Shown here: positions 26,951 to 42,780 of the stretch, in pieces
How positions within the stretch are numbered: the stretch's first letter is position 1
How the letters are laid out: every line of letters starts with the position of its first letter
NCBI RefSeq assembly: GCF_009914755.1
Contig: NC_060936.1
Length of the DNA stretch: 64,000 bases
Direction: 5' to 3' (one strand)
DNA from: the human T2T-CHM13v2.0 reference genome, Homo sapiens
Notes under the pieces: generated by a model
The model's input: only the letters and a program-made list of their open reading frames with translations
Database searches by the model: none
What the model was told of the DNA's origin: nothing
Made by a program: the position numbers and the translations under genes

Positions 26951-27785
26951 AAAGTATCACCAAGGAAAAGGGATAAGACTATCTCCTCTTAGACACACTC
27001 TCTAGGGAGTCAGTTTATGACTTCTTTCAGCCTTCTCCCACCCCCTGCAGTGATTATAGCCTTGTCCTTAGTGGTTTTACCACCAAGATTCCATCTGGCT
27101 TAAGTGTGAACAGGGAAAGGAAAATGAATGAAGAGATACGTTTGCCTGGAAGTAACTTCAAAACTCCCAAATTATAGAAACGTTACAGATGAGCATCTCA
27201 GCGAATATGACTCCAGAACTTTTTCAATTCCTTCATTCTATAGGCAAGAAGCTTGTCCATGGCCACAGACATACAATTGGAAATAAAAGTAAACTTCATA
27301 ATGTGTCTCTCTTTTCTCTAAAGATTCATGTTATGAATGAATAAGGGAGAAATAGAGCTGCCTAAGAAAACTGTGACCTGATCTGATCTCCTTCCTAAAT
27401 AGTGCGAATACAATGTCACCCCATTTCTCAATTATATTCTTGCCTACGAAACACACTGAAGGTTTGTTTATGGCTTTGATTTCTTAATTTGCCTGTCTTG
27501 ATAACAAATTTCTATTGTTATAAATCATTGTATTACATAGTATTAATCTCTAACTCGGTCTCTTGGTGGCATAAAAGAACTAATCCACTTTTTCCTGATT
27601 GAAGTGTATCAATGATTCCCTGGAAGTAAGTTGTCCTTCATAAGATTATTTACAGAGAAAATGTTCCCTAGGAACTTAAAGAACAACTTTGGGCAAGTCA
27701 CTCTGCCTTTCTAAATCTTAATGTCATCTTACATATGATAGTAATAATGATGCTATATTATAACCTAGAATGACTGTTCTAACAA

Positions 27786-28084
27786 TTTTTTTATTTTTTT
27801 ATTTTATATATTTATTTTTGAGACTGAGTCTCACCCTGTCACATCCAGGCTGGAGTACAGTGGCTCACTGTGACCTCCGCCTCCCAGGTTCAAGCGATTC
27901 TCCTGCCTCAGCCTCCCAAGTACTTGGAATTACAGGCACCCATCACCATGCCCAGCTAATTTTTAGTAGAGACGAGGTTTCACCATATTGGCCAGGCTGG
28001 TCTCGAACTCTCGACCTCAGATAATCTGCCTGCCTTGGCCTCCCAAAGTGCTAGGATTACAGGTGTGAGCCACCGCACCCGGCC
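27786..28084 (-). mobile_element. AluS
   Basis: Antisense Alu dimer. Confidence 0.9.
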
Positions 28085-28569
28085 CCAATAATTTATAAAC
28101 TATAAAATCTGATATAAATATTAATCATCTACAAAATCCTGCTCTAGGGCTCCATACTACTGCACTTCACCCTGTATTATTATTTATTTAATATTCTGGT
28201 TATGGAAGGAGACTGAAGAGGTAAAATGAACTCGAGAATGACTATCAACTAGATAAGCATTTCCAAATATGTGATTATACACATGGATTGTTACAAATTT
28301 ATTTGGATCATTTCTTAACATTGCACTTAAAGTGGAGCTGTATCTGAAAGCACCTGATACATTTTAACTATGTTAAGCCCTCCAGCTTCAGAGCTTCCTG
28401 TAACTCCTGGTATAGAGCTCAGCCATTGCTAACTGGAAGCAAAAAGAATTGGATTTTATGATGCAAAAGTCATATCAGGAATTAACAGACACACAAGTCT
28501 GACTTTTCCAGAGAAGCAGAAGTAAAAATAATATCAAGAAGCGGCTCCATGGAGCCCTTTCAATTTACA

Positions 28570-28661
28570 ACAGCCGCTGGATAACCCCTCCTTCATTCAT
28601 AACCAGTGTCTTGAAATTAACCTTGACCCATCCTGCACTCGTACTACTGACCTGTTCCCCA
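28570..28661 (+). repeat. Local dispersed repeat, copy A (short)
   Basis: acagccgctggataacccctccttcattcataaccagtgtcttgaaattaaccttgacccatc...ctgacctgttcccca; similar to copies at 29078 and 31344. Confidence 0.85.
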
Positions 28662-28740
28662 AGGCACCGTGCTAAAGAATTCAATGAATTTGCACTTAAC
28701 TTTTATAACGATTTTCCTCATTTTAGAGATGAGACAATCT

Positions 28741-29293
<553 letters not shown>

Positions 29294-29914
29294 ACGCAGT
29301 AGATGGAGGCTATGCCCTTCCAGGCAAATTTAAGGGTGACATTAACCTATTCGTTTATCAGGCTTTTGCCTCTTTTCACACCTACAACTAGGAGAGAAAG
29401 AAGAGAAAACATAAAGCAGGTGACTTTTCTGTTGTAGATCAAGTTTTTAAAAGGTTTGCTCAAGAGGTACTTCATAGTCCCAGTTCTGAAAGGAGGCTGG
29501 GATACCTTCCAGATTTAGTCTGCTTTGTCTCTGCTTAACACTGAGACTCTTCCAAATGGCAGCTCCCTCAGGAATATGTGAGCAGCACACACTCTCCCTA
29601 ACATTTGTCAAAGTGCGTTAGCAACTAATGCTTCATTCCCAGTAATATTTTGAAAATTTCCCTGATGTTAGAGTGAAGGGCCTTTTTTCCCCCATCTGCA
29701 ACACCCCAATCTTAACAGCCCACCATGCATTTTTGTCTAAGTATCACACCAAGGCCACATTATATTCCTGTGCCCAACAAACTAGAATATATGTAAATAA
29801 ACAAGTAGAATAAAATATAAGCCACAAGATCATGAAAATTTAGAATGAAAATTTAGATGGGGTTTATTTATTTCATAACTCAGCCAGGAGTTCCATTTGC
29901 CTAGACATAAGAGA

Positions 29915-30498
29915 TAACATCTTTATCTATTGTTGTGTGACAAATTTTCACAAACTTAGCAGCTTATGGCAACGTGGATTAATTATCTCACATTTCTGTA
30001 GGTCAGAGTCGGGTGGTCTTGGCTGGGTTCTCTGCTTAGAGTCTTATAACGCTGAAGTCCAAGTGTCAGCTGGCTGAGCTCTATCTGGAGGATCTAGGAA
30101 ACAATCCGCTCCCAAGTGCATTCAGGTTATTGGCAGAATCCAGGTCCTTGTTACAGTAGAACTGAGGTTTCCATTCCCTTGCAGGCTGTCAGCCAAAGGC
30201 CATTCTCAGCTTCTAGAGACCACCGGCGTTCCTCATCATGGCGCCTCCTCCATCTTCACGCCAGCAACATCCTGTGAAACCCTTCTTTTGTTTCATGTCT
30301 CTCTGCCTCCCTCTTCTGCCACCAACAGGAGAAAGCTCTATGCTTTTAAGGGCTGATGTGTTTAGATTAGGCCTACCTGGATAATCTCCCTCTTAGAAAG
30401 TTAACTGTGCCATAGAACACAGGTTATGGGAATTAGAGGACATGGAATCGTGGAGGACATGGAATCCTGGAGGACCATTTAGAATTCTGCCTACACAC
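29915..30498 (-). mobile_element. MLT1E-like MaLR LTR
   Basis: cacaaacttagcagctta...gttattggcagaatccag...gattaggcctacctggataatctccc...agaattctgcctacaca. Confidence 0.75.
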
Positions 30499-30513
30499 CT
30501 AGCAAGTAGAATT

Positions 30514-30712
30514 AATACAAAAATTAGCTGGGTGTGGTGGCGGGCGCCTATCATCTCAGCTACTGGGGAGGCTACTCCGGAGGCTGAGGCAGGAGAATCG
30601 CTTGAACCCAGGAGGCGGAGGTTGCAGTGAGCCAAGATCGCGCCACTGCACTTCAGCCTGGGCGACAGAGAAAAACTCAGTCTCAAAAAAAAAAAAAAAA
30701 ACAAAAATAAAA
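30514..30712 (+). mobile_element. AluS right arm (5'-truncated)
   Basis: Alu similarity and A tail. Confidence 0.88.
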
Positions 30713-30914
30713 AATCCTTTTGCTGTATCCTCAAAAGATAAAGGTGTAGTAAGTACCTTTATCTGTAAGTTTTAACAGGCAGAAGCAGTTAGAAATAATA
30801 CTGAGAATGATGTTTAAATCTCTGCACGTGAAAGTTTAAAAGTTAGACTGAATTGGTCTACCATATGCACACCAAAGAAGTGTATTTTATTTTATTTTGT
30901 GTTTGTCCCCCCGA

Positions 30915-31175
30915 TTTTTATTTATTTATTTATTTTTAATTTTGTGGGTACCTAGTAAGTGTATATATTTATGGAGTACATGAGATGTTTTGATATTTGA
31001 TGTGAAATAAATACATCATGGAGAACGGGGTGTCCATCCCCTCAAGCATTTATCCTTTGAGTAACAAACAATCCAGTTACACCCTAAGTTATTTTAAAAT
31101 ATACAATTAAGTTATTATTGACTATAGTGACCCTGTTGTGTTATCAAATAGTTAATCTTATTCATTCTTTCTCAA
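30915..31175 (-). mobile_element. L1MA 3' end fragment
   Basis: gtatatatttatggagtacatgagatgttttgata...ccatcccctcaagcatttatcctttg. Confidence 0.8.
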
Positions 31176-31343
31176 AGATGTATATTAAAGAAACAAATTG
31201 GCATCCTCCAAAGAAGGTACCAATAATACTTTAGTAACCGATTTTTCTTAATACACAATTTTATAAAATATTCTAAAATATCCCACCTTGTTCTACAAAA
31301 AATGTGAGGCCATAATTGTCCTGCTGACCCCACACCTTTAATT

Positions 31344-31548
31344 TGACAGCCCCTGGATATCTACCCCTTCATTCACAGCCAATGTCTTGCAATTAGCCTT
31401 AACCCATCTTGCTCTCACTCTCCTGACCTGTTCCCCAGTTAGTGAGCCTTTAGCACAGCTCCACCTTCTATCCCCAACAGGCTTTTCCAGGATTAACTGC
31501 AGTGGTTCTTCCCCAACCAGGTCTGGACTGCTTCTGGCCACTCCATAA
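31344..31548 (+). repeat. Local dispersed repeat, copy C
   Basis: tgacagcccctggatatctaccccttcattcacagccaatgtcttgcaattagcc...gcttctggccactcc. Confidence 0.88.
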
Positions 31549-32280
31549 GCAACCTGTGAGGAGGTCCAGTCACCAGAGTTTCCCCCTCTCAGCATCACAC
31601 TGACTGTCAAGGAAACCTTCCCTATGCCCCAGAGATAACTGCTTCTTCCCTGGTAAACTTGTAACTCATGAATTCCCCTTGTTTGCCCTCCCATTTTAGT
31701 GAATTTTGTTCTTCCATTTAACCATGATATTAAAGATATTCAATTTATTATTTATTTTACTAATGGCTTATTTAAAATCACTTGTATATATCCCTTATGT
31801 TTGGGTCAATATTATCTCTCTTAGATTATGCACCTTCACGGGTGGGTAACAAGGTACCAGCAAGTGTTACAGTGCTTTGTGAAGTATTTGCCCAGGAATG
31901 TGGATGATCATGGTGTTGAGATGTTCTGGGTAGATAGTCCCAATTCAATACCATGTATCACACCACATGCCAAAACTTTCAAGGTTAAGATAAGCCCAGG
32001 TTTATACATGGGCCATATTGTTGAAAGTTGAGAAGTTGGAAATAAGAATTTTCAGGTGCCTTTTCCTGTATGACTGGAACAAAAGTTGTTCCCATCTAAT
32101 TTCCTGGAGTGTACAGCCCTTGAGTCCCATAGACTCAAGCCCATCTCAGAGGCCAATGTCAAAAAAATTATTTTTTTCTTGCTGTTGAATATGAATTTTT
32201 AATTTTGATTAATAATCGATATATTTGTTCAAGTAAAAGAAAGTCTTCTTCCTCATTCATTGCATTCAATTGTTTTTCTA

Positions 32281-32463
<183 letters not shown>

Positions 32464-33148
32464 CTAAATTTAAATACAAACCTTGTGAATTTCCATACTG
32501 TTTTTAAAACGGGGGGACTTTAATCAAAGCAGAAAACTTTGCTTCAGAAATAAATCTTGGGAATGTAAACATAAGCATATTTTATCCTTTTTGTTAATAA
32601 AAAACATTTCTAAGTACTGTAGTCTTGGCTACAGACTGAAAATAGTCTCTAACATCTTTTAAAATGTTTTGTTTCTTTTTTACTCTATGTCATTAGGTAC
32701 ATTATCTTTGATTCCAGATAACAAAAGTGAAGCAGTACGACAGTGAGGGAATCATTTTCTGATATTTCCAGGATCATCACAATCAACTCGGGGAACTCAG
32801 TGTGCAGAAGCCCTGCAGGAGGGAAGGGGCTGTCACTCATCAGTGGTGTCATTCAGACCTTTGCCCCGGACTTCACCGGCAAAATCCCTGTCAGGTCTTT
32901 TTCCCTCCTTCTGGATTCCAGTTAAAGTTTGTGGCCAAAATATGCAGTGACAGATGGCTCATGTCATTGCTGTAATGTCAGCCTTTGGGTCTCCGAGGGG
33001 ATGACTCCAGGAATAGAAAGTGGAGCACATACAGGAGTGGATGTAAAACAGAATCTAAGACAAGCAGGGTCCTCCAGTTCTCAGAGGAATCAGGAACTTC
33101 CCTTCTAAACTCATCTAACAACAGGGAGCAGCCCCTTCTCTCTCTCAA

Positions 33149-33198
33149 TGTGCATAGACTGAGACTTGTGCATAGACTTGTGCATAGACTGAGACTTG
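33149..33198. repeat. Short compound tandem repeat (tgtgcatagact[gagact]) x3
   Basis: Seen directly. Confidence 0.85.
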
Positions 33199-34477
33199 GG
33201 TTCGGTACCTCCTCTGAGCCTTAGCAGCTTGATTTTGAACCTGCTCCTCAATTTTCTCATAAGTAAAATGGGCATCATCATTGTACTTATCTTCTGAGAT
33301 TCTTGTGGGGTCTAAATAACATCTGAAATGAATTTAGCTAAGTGCTCTGCCCTAGCTAAGCACTCAATAAATGGTAATGCTACTTTCCTCCCACTATTAA
33401 CTTGGTTTTATATGAAAAAACAATGCATAATTTAACATAAAACAAGAGGCAAAACATAGAAACCCTACTAATTGAAATGTTGTTTTGTTAAAATTCCCAA
33501 TTCAGATGAGACTTAGACTAAATTAGACTAAAGCCAGCATTTCATTGTGTTATTATAGAACCAGAGGGTTTTCCCACTGAAACAGGCCTGGAGAGACAAT
33601 TAGTTTTTCATTTCACAGTTGAGGTCTCTAAAGCTAAGAGAGATTGTGGTCTGCCCATAGTTAGATCTAAGAAGCTTCCCTGATAAAATTTCCCATGTTG
33701 ACCATTGGAATTGGCTCTAATTTTCCATTTTTGTTTGCTTCCTTTTTTGAGAAAACATGTAAAGTTTTCTATCACATGCATTTACAAAGCTATAAGTTAT
33801 GAAGGATCCTGTTTTTCTCTAATTTGGTATATCCTGATCTTTTCCCTAGAGGTCTGTGTTGGTGCTGCTGTTTTCCAGTTTGTCAGTTTGTCTTGGCATC
33901 AGTGCCTCACCATTTGGCACCTGACTCAACATAGTTTTACCACCATTATCTAAACAGTACCACCCCATCTGAATGTATTTCACAACTGGTCGTCTCCGTG
34001 CCATGCCTCTGCCTGGGTCTGCTTTCCATTACGTTACCCAACCATCTGCTCCAAAAGAATGTCAGGAGGAAGTGATGCTGCTTTGTGCAGTGTGTTAAAA
34101 TCTTGACCTTTACTTGGGTTTAGTCACTGTGCATCACTGGATTCCTAACTTTTTTTCTTCAAGATTCTTTCCACACTGAGAGCCACGCAAAGTTCATCAG
34201 ATTCATATTTTCTGAAATATCCTCATAAGCCTCCTCACCTATGATTAATTTGAGTGTAATACCAATTATAGTTAATTACTGGGTGCCAGAATCTTTACAT
34301 ACATGACTTTTAATTCTTATAATAGCCCTATGTGTTCCGAAGTGCTATTATCCCTGTTTTATGGATATAGAAACTGAGAATCGGGGGATTTAACTGACTT
34401 CCCCAAGAACCCACAGTAAGTGGCTGCCTTTCCCACTAAGCCAAGATGCCCAGGAGGTGCCTTTGAAGGGCACAACA

Positions 34478-34790
34478 GTTGTTCTCAAATGTTGGCATGC
34501 ATAAAGTTGCCTGGCATTATTAAAAGTACACCCCATAGAAGCTGGGTGCAGGGGCTCACACCTGTAACCCCCACTACTCAGAGGACTGAAGCAGAAGAAT
34601 CACTTGAGCCCAGGAGTTCAAGTCCAACCTGGGCAACATAAGGAGAGCCCCTTTCTTTAAAAAGTGTAGCTCATAGAGTCTATCGCTTAAATTCCAGGCT
34701 CTTTTCCCCAATTCTGATTCCATGGGTGGACCCAGGCTCTGTTTTTTCTGCACACTTTCCTGGAGATTCTGATGCAGACCATCTGTGCAG
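34478..34790. mobile_element. MER5-like element interrupted by a FLAM (about 34541-34660)
   Basis: cagtttgttctcaaa...attctgattccatgggt...gagattctgatgcag flanking an Alu left monomer. Confidence 0.6.
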
Positions 34791-35770
34791 CACATCAGCT
34801 CAGGTGAGCCACAGCTTGGCTCTGCATCCCCAGCTATGCACCAGCTCCAACTGAAGCACCACATTTCCTCCCTTCCTTCTGCTTAAAGCCATAAATTAAC
34901 CAAGTGCTGAGATTCACTTTTATAATAAAACGTAAGCTCAATGAGGTTTTCCGGAATTCAGGTTTTGTTGGAGGCAGACATCTAGCCTGGGGATTAATAG
35001 AACTGGTTTCTTTGTCTCTTCCCCTTACTGACTTTTTGTATGTCATTTGATAAAATAACCTCATTGTGTTTTTATTCTTCTCCTCTGTAAATGGAATGTG
35101 AAAATCCATGTCTACTACACACCATAAAAGACTCTAAGGAGGAAAAACGTATCCGTGAGAGTTGCACGCAAATCTCCATGCAGAGATCATGGTGTGAGTC
35201 CTCAGGATCAAATTACTCTCTTATACGTGTTGGACATGTTGATTTAATCATGGTTGCTATTTACTTCACAAAATACAAGGGATAACACATTTGGTTGGAA
35301 TTTGTGAGACTTGAACGCACTATCTTGCAATGCACGGGTTTTGTACTCTTGGGAGAGTTATTTATTGTCTATGTACCTCATCGTCTTAGTGTGTGAAATG
35401 AAAATAGTAATACTATTATCAACTTCATGGGGTTGTGTCACTTAGTGCTTTGCATAACTGAACTATAACAAATTGCTTAGCCCAAATATTTTCATTCTCA
35501 ATAGCCTGGCTTCAAATTATTGACAATATCAGCATATTCATTCTTAAGTACGTGCTATACTTGCTGCAATATTAGGTGCTACAGAAAACAAATATGCCAT
35601 TGTCCTTGCTCTTAGGAGAGTTACATTGAAGTAGATGGATGCTCTTACCTGATACCTAAAGCAACTGACTTGGGGGGGATTTTTGCCATGTGTAGTTAAG
35701 GATGAAAAGCCAGATGCAGAAAAATATATATAATATAATGTTAGTTTTTAAAATCATGACCAAGTCTCCC

Positions 35771-36090
<320 letters not shown>

Positions 36091-39000
36091 TAATATATAC
36101 AGATATAAAATATGTATAATTTATATTATATATAATGTACTAAATATATGTGGATATATTATACATATGTATCATTAATATATGTTGTTTAGGACAGAGA
36201 ATAAAGGAATAAAGAAAAGGAGAGACACAAGGAAAAATCACAAGTAAACAACAGTTAAAAAATTACAGGACTGTTCATGGTAAAAAAAAAGAACATATAT
36301 GACATGATTACATTCAAATAAATTAGTATCTGTCTGTGTGTGTGTACATAAAGCAAAGCACAAAAACATAGCCAAATGCTAACAGTGTCTAAATCAAGGT
36401 AGTGAGATTTAAGTGATATCAACTCTTTTTCTGTATTGTTAGACTCTACTCTATAACAACAAATGTGATTTGTAATAACTAAAAACCTTTTAGGGAAGAC
36501 AGACTGTGCCAAATATATTTATTATTGTACATAATACATTGTTTTATCTTTTTAAAATTGTCTCTAACAGGTATGAATTACTTTTGAATGGGAAAAAATG
36601 TTATTCTTTAAACAAATATTCTCAGTAATCATAAAATGCAGTGGAACAGAGTTATTCTAAATGGAAGGTCAAATCTCCTTCAGTTACCCAAATAAAGTAA
36701 AGTGCACAATGAATTTGCTCTGCAAGAAAAAAAATTGTTACTGAACTCCTTTTTTCCTTCCTTCTTTTCCTTCTGTAGACGTTTCAATTATGTAATTCCT
36801 AGATTTGTTGAAATAATTTCATTTTTAAGACAACTTTACAATATGATTTGACTTCTGTTTTTCCAACTCATTATTATTTTCTACAACTTCACATGTCCCA
36901 AACAGAGCTCATTAGCTTCTCTTCCACCTTAACCTACTTCTCTTCCCATCTCCCTTTCAAGAGGAATGTCACCACCATCCTCCAGTCACCCAAACTGGAT
37001 ATCTGGGAGCCACCATGGATATCTTGCTCTAGTTCTAGGCCCTCTGCAGGCAATGAGTCAATCATTTCTGTAGATGCTACATCCTAATATGAGGTCTCTC
37101 CTTATCACACCACTTCTTCTCCATAGCTATTGTCCTCATTGGTCCTACCTAAATTGTAGCAATTATCTTTAAATCAGCCCCCCGTCTCCACTTTGAAATT
37201 TTGATCAAGTAACACCACAGAAGAATATTCAAACTTCTTCACTTACTATGCAAACAGTTATGAGTTGTCTGCCTAGATTCACATCCTTCAAAGAACCAAC
37301 CTTCTCCAAAATCTGTCATCCTGGGGGCTGTCAGTCACGGTACCCTCACTCCCCATCATATTATAAGCCAGACAATGAGAGTGCTCTCTCCCCATAGGCT
37401 CAGTGATTGCTTCAGAGTTCAGAGATGGGCATATGTAAAAGAAGCATCAAGCATTCTGCCCCAAATCTTTTCTGCTAGAGTTAGAGGGACAACCCTCTCT
37501 TGTTTTTGGTGGGTTACTGATTAATTTAGCAAACTCCTTTGTAAGACTTATTTCCTTGAACTTTCTGGGAAAGCTCTAGTGTGGAAACACAGAGCAAGAG
37601 AATTATTTTAGTCGCCCTATAAATAGGACATGGATTTTCATCCAGTTTAGGAACCAATCTCAATTCTAGAAAGGTAGCCATGTTATGTGGTGCTTTATGG
37701 TGATTTCTACATTATTATAAATGTGGTGGCTCCAAAAAAGGGAAGCTATTAATTCCAACTATATTTTCAACTAGGATATAAATGTCTTTAGGTTTTTACA
37801 ACGTATATTATACAACTGCCATAAAATTATCTACTTTTCTGTTCTTTTTGTTGATTAATAATAGGCATAAAATTACACATAGCTGAAGTATACAATTCAA
37901 TGCATTTTCACAACTGAATGCAACTTTGCTACTGTATCTTTTTCATGTACATAACTAAATTTTAAGATAGCTAAGGTCAGGACTATGTTTTCACTTTCCA
38001 AAACACCTAGCTCAGTCCTAGGTCCAGCAATAATGCTGCCCAATATTGATGTTGCTGTCTTTTACTTACCAGACAGGTATTGTGTACCAGAAAGTCACTG
38101 GGTGTAAAGGTAGAAAGACTACTTCAACATAAATTCATGTAAAACAATAATTATATTAATCTCTAACAATTATCAAGGATTTAGAGGTTTTATTATTATT
38201 TCTGTTTTACAGATTAGGAAACTGTAATAGACAGAGATTAAAAAATTGACCAAGATTAATTAGCCAGAAATAGAAGAGCAAGACCCCAAGATAAAACTTA
38301 ATTTCCAAAAAATAATTTAAGCCATGCAGTCTCTCCACTATGATAATTATCTTTTCTTTGAGACTGAGAAAAAACTTAGCCATCTTTCTTAAGACCAAGG
38401 AATAGAACACACTTTCTTTAGTAAACATTAGTGATGATTCAGCGTTGGAGGAGGAAAGAAGTTGAAGAAACTGTAGTAGCGTTTAAAATTCTGCAAAGAA
38501 GATGGGCAAGACCACATGTTAGAAATGACAGACTTACTTTTTGATTGAAGGCATCTTCCCTTTCTTCCTGGATCCAGATCACCTCTGCAGCACTGGCTTC
38601 TTTTCCATGCTGTTGTTGTGTGTAATTGCTATGATCCTTAATTTGGGAGCTCTGCCTGATGGGTGGAATTGTACTTTTGAGTGGGCAGCAGCCTGCCTCT
38701 TGTCTCTTGAAATGCCTGTCATTTTATCACAAAGAGATGGATGTGAAAGTGAGATTGTCCTTGAGTCCACTGAGAAGATATCAACCAAACAACTCACAAA
38801 ATCACATTTATTTAAATTGTTTAAGGTAAGAACATTTTTCAGATTCTTGAATTATATGTTTAAAGTAATCCAAGATTTTTCTTGGAGATAGGCAGTCTGG
38901 AAAGCTGTATATTCTACTAAGAATTTTGGATAACATCTTTATGTTCTGACTCAGAGTGTATTGTCAATATTTCTGTTAAAAAATGAAAAACAAGCAACAG

Positions 39001-40149
39001 GCATTAAGGATTTGGTAACTAACTTTCTTTGGCTATATTTTTACTTAATATAGCTAAGACAAAGAAAATTTTAGCGACACTTTAAACAAAATTATTTAAA
39101 GTGAAGACAATAATATATATGCTAATTTGATGTCACTGCCATGTAATGCTCTAAATAGTACAATAGAATTGACATATTTGATTCTGAACTAGTGGAGACT
39201 ACACATGAAGAATATGTAGATTATGAATCTGTAGACAAGGAAGATAAGGTAGAATTAAAGAATGATTTTGGAATTCTCTTATAATTAAAGTTATGCATCA
39301 CTTTAGTTTTGAGAGCAAAAAGAAGTCTAAGTATTTAAAAAATTATCTTTTTAAAGTAAGATTTCCATTTTTTCATTACTAAAAAAAGTATGACAGTTGT
39401 GAAAGACAATGTTAATTCACACTAGGGAGAAACATGGCCTTAACCTTTCACAAATATGTTGGTCTTTCTACCTCTGTTAATGAATGTCTTTCAAACCAAA
39501 CAGTAGAAGCACAGCAGCCATACCAGTGTGTGATTGTTTTAATAATTTGATGACCTGAAGAACAATGAAAGGGTGATAACTCCACTAAGCTATCAACCCA
39601 AACTGCCCTGCATATAGCCCTATAAATTACCAGGAAAGTTCTATTTTTCCCCATAACATATTTTTGTAACAAATGTTCTTGGTGGATTGGGTGGAGAAGA
39701 AGGCAGAATGAGTCTGCAATTCTATTTAAGACTTGCATGGTGATAGAATTTTAGAGCTTGGAGGGACTTTAGAAGTCATTTCATCTAAGTCTCTCATTCT
39801 ACAAATGAAGGAAATGAGGCTTAGAGAAGGTCCACAACTTACCCAGAATAATTAAGTAAATTCGTAGTAGAATCATAACCCCAACCTTCCTCTATTGATT
39901 CTTAACAATATTAACTAACAGTTTTAAGCATAGACTATATACAAGCACGGTGCTTAAGTGCTTTACATGAATGTTTATTGCTCTATGAAATTGGTGGTAT
40001 CATTATCTCCATTTAACCCCAAGGCTCTAGCCAAAAGGAGTAAATGAGAAGTAGACCATTCTTGGCAGAAACAAAAGCCTAACTTCAAATCATCTCTGAA
40101 GTGGAATTAATGTGATCCTTTATCTCAATCCTTTATCTCTACTGCTTCT

Positions 40150-41540
40150 GGCCACTTGTCAGTAGCCAAGGTTAATCCTCCCTGAGAGAAGATAACATCT
40201 TAGACTTCAAATTTTCAAATCAATGGCTAGCATGTACTCATAAATAACCAGATGTATCAGGAGCCAAGATGACATGACCACAAATCCAAAGAAACAATAG
40301 ATGATAAAAACAGAGTTCAGGAGAATCAGGCTAATGTTCAAGGAAGTAAGATACAGGATTGGAGACTTCGGCAGAGAGCTGGAAACTACAAAAGTAAATG
40401 AAAATTCTGGAACTGAAAAATATCACCTTAATGGAGATTACACAGCTTATAAGAAACTTAGAAAGCTAATTAGAACATAAGTCCAAAGAAAATATCCAGA
40501 TGAAGGACAGACACATAAAAGGATGGAAAATTGAGTAAATAAGAGACATAGACGATACCATGAGAAGCTCCAATTGTCGTTACGGAAGTCCTAGAGAGAA
40601 GAGAGAAAATAGAGTAGAAGCAATATTTAAAGATAAAATGATTGAGAATTTCCAAAATTGATGAAAGACATAAAGATTGAAGAAACTCTAAAAAATTCCA
40701 AGAAAAAAATAAAAAGGACAACCCTAAAGGTACACAACAATAAAACCACTGAAACTCAAAGACAAAGAGAAAATCTTAAACTCAGCCAGAGAAATAAAAA
40801 GACAAATTGCCTTTGAAATAGCAACTGCAACAATGGAATCTACAAGGCAACAGAATATCATTCAAATACTGAAATAAAATAGCTGTCAACCTATAACCAG
40901 CAACATGTACTTTAAAAATGAAAAAAAGACATTTTCAGACAAACCAAAAAAGAAAAATCACTATAAGCAGACTGCACTAAATAATAAATATTTTTAAATA
41001 TTGTTTAAATAGAATCGGAATAAATTAAGGCTACGTTTTAATTTCTAGATTAATCACCAAATAAAAGAATAGTAAAAGAGTGTATAGCCATCAAGCTAAT
41101 AACGGAATAGATAATAAAGAGAAGAAAGAAGAGGAAAAAGAACATGAACAGGCTGGGCACAGTAGCTCCCACCTGTATGTAATCCCAACACTCTGGGAAG
41201 CTGAGGCAGGTGAATCACTTGTGCCCAGGAGTTCAAGACCACCAGGGGCAACACAGTGACACCTCGTTTCTGAAAAGAAAAAAAAGAGAAAAAAAAAACA
41301 TAAACAAAGTGAGACAAGAATAAACTAAATATTAAAATGGTGGTTTTAAACCTAAGGATAGTGTCAATTACATTAAACATAAATGTACAAAATCTTCTAA
41401 TTAAAATAGAAAAATTATTAAGAGAAATATTTTAAAATACTACTAAAAATAGCAATATTCTGTTTCCAACATATACAAAATACAGAACGGTTGAAAGTAA
41501 AGGAATTTAAAATAATATACTATGCAAGAATATTTATCAG
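40150..41540 (+). mobile_element. Old L1M ORF1-region fragment with nested FLAM (41151-41300)
   Basis: gaagcaatatttaaagataaaatgattgagaatttccaaaattgatgaaagac and aaagacaaagagaaaatcttaaa are degenerate L1 ORF1 motifs. Confidence 0.7.
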
Positions 41541-42609
41541 AATGCCAACTACAGTATGGTACCTGGTAAGTACTCAGAAGTCACAAAATCAGCTTCCATT
41601 CAATTGGGAGTAGTAGAAGAGTGAGAGATCACAAATGACCTCAAATCATAGTTAAACAAAACTAATATAAATAAATCTGGTCCCAGCATAGAAAAACATT
41701 CTCTATTAAGTTAACATAGCATTAAGCAAAACCAAGGTAGGTAAAGACATCCACAAATTAAAATTGACACCCACAATTTAGCACACTTCTGCTATTATGC
41801 ACAAATCAGGATCACACTACATAATACTTTTTTAAAGTTTAGAATTAACAAATATCACATAACTTTCTTTATGAAAAACTATTAAAGAAGTAATTACTAT
41901 AGATGTCACAACAGTATTTAAGGCAGGAAAAGGAATTGTTGTTGAGGAGGACACATGAACAGTTTCTGGAGTGCTGGCATTGTTCTATTTCTTTGTCCGG
42001 ATAGTGGTTTCATGAGTTTTTCCATTATAATAATTAATCAAGTTGTATATATATTTAATATTTTATAAATATTTAATATTTATGTAAATATATGGTCATA
42101 TATGTATATTAATATATACATAGTAAAAGTCATTATTTTTTTAAATCACAAGAGCCATTTTCTTGATTATGCTCCTGTTTTCAATTAGAGCAGGATCAAG
42201 TTAGGCCAAGAAGAGTCCCAGAGGTATATTCACCACCCTAGCCTGCCCTGCCTCACTGCATCCTCCATCTTCATGACCACATGATGTCTCAAACTTCATC
42301 TTGCTAAAGTCTCAAGGTCACATTGATTGGTTTCTATGCATTTCTAAAAAATAGGTTTCTTTGATATGCCTTTTTCTCTGATACATAGTAATTTTTACAT
42401 TATCACAAATAGGCACTAAATTTCTTTATCTTTGTAAACCAACAAAATCAGGTGAAAGTCCCCATCATGCCCAGAATAAATTTGACGCTTGTTTAGGCAG
42501 AGCGAGCTTTCCATCAGTACAATGCTAAGCCATTAAGCAAAGTATTAATAACAGGTAGGTAAAGACTATATTGATGGTTATAAGATTGTTCATATTAAAG
42601 AAATAACAT

Positions 42610-42780
42610 CAGCTGTTGAACATTCACTGTTCCATGCATTATGCTTATCTGATATCTCACAACAACCTATGCGTTAAGTACAGTTGTTTTCCCAATTTTA
42701 CAGGTAAAGAAACTGAAGCCTATAGGACTTCTCAGTGACACTGCTAGTAGCTTGAAGAAGAAGGATTTAAGCCCAGGACT
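42610..42780 (-). mobile_element. MIR
   Basis: ctcacaacaacctat...cccaattttacaggtaaagaaactgaagcc core. Confidence 0.65.
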